DNA of 63,517 nucleotides, the filler included, from Octopus bimaculoides (taxonomy: Eukaryota): the NCBI RefSeq assembly GCF_001194135.2. It is 5 parts of 4 records of this genome, joined end to end, with 100 filler letters (N's around TTAATTAATTAA, not from the genome) between each part and the next. Parts side by side here need not be neighbours in the genome. Positions count along the whole stretch, not along the records: positions 54,840 to 63,517 come from NC_069004.1; 4 more parts are not named here. One strand, 5' to 3'. The position numbers and the translations under genes were made by a program. The first letter of the stretch is position 1. Every line of letters starts with the position of its first letter. The notes beneath the pieces are model-generated. The model was given only the letters and a program-made list of their open reading frames with translations, had not been told where the DNA came from and did not search any database. Shown piece after piece: positions 62,986-63,517 of this stretch.

Positions 62986-63517
62986 TATTATTATTACTGT
63001 TGTTGCTATTTTAACCACCTCCACCGCTGCCGCCGCCACCGCCACTATCGATATCATCATCACCATTATATAATTTGCTAATACTATACTATGTTTATTG
63101 CCAACCATTAGCCGTTTGTAGTTTGTTAATTGATGTTTTTTGATGAAAGCAGTTATCTAAAAAAAAAAGTAAAAAAAAAAAATCCAAAATAAAAGCAACA
63201 ATAACAACAACAACATCCAAAGATAAGAGTTCGTAATTAAAATGCTTAAAGTGTAGATTACTCTTATCTGTGCTGTGCTCCTGACACCCCTCCACCATGA
63301 CCACCACCCGTAAATTAATACAGTTGAGTTAATGATAAATGACTAATGATAAGAAAACAAATTGGAGAGGGGGAAGGGGCAGGAGAGAGGGGTTGCTGAA
63401 TTTTTGTGTTTCTTCCCAACATTCCAGACCCCCCTCCGGTCACATTTTTTTTACTATCTTGTGCTATTTAACTTCCATTACAATTGTTTGGTGATGTGTA
63501 CATACTGACACATATAT

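Noticed and set aside
935-63307. Most listed ORFs (poly-YI, CV, HT, SL, ER, X-rich)
   Set aside because: They are translations of microsatellites and N gaps; stop-free only because of low complexity.

Overview
AT-rich, microsatellite-dense animal genomic DNA. The SINE and LINE repertoire matches what I recall of Octopus, but this is inference and not database-checked. The window has many N gaps and four artificial 100-bp scaffold linkers (44N-TTAATTAATTAA-44N). One host coding exon is confidently recognisable: the ATG-containing exon of a phospholipase C-gamma gene (minus strand, 53651-53846, N-terminal PH domain, ends in GTAAGT). No downstream PLC-gamma exon was found by eye. The rest is intron or intergenic sequence filled with decayed mobile elements. 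These are at least four tRNA-derived SINE families, RTE-, CR1- and R4/Dong-like LINE fragments, two different Penelope-like (GIY-YIG) elements, a mariner transposase pseudogene, and hAT-, Tigger-, piggyBac-like and unclassified MITEs. The most interesting unexplained structure is a set of minimal type-I hammerhead-ribozyme motifs from up to three repeat families. One family occurs as a head-to-head inverted pair at about 45.4-45.9 kb. A second has three copies that all carry U instead of the conserved core A6, and one copy sits directly 3' of a Neptune-like Penelope ORF. Almost all listed six-frame ORFs are microsatellite, gap or TE artefacts. No CRISPR array, rRNA or genuine tRNA gene was seen.
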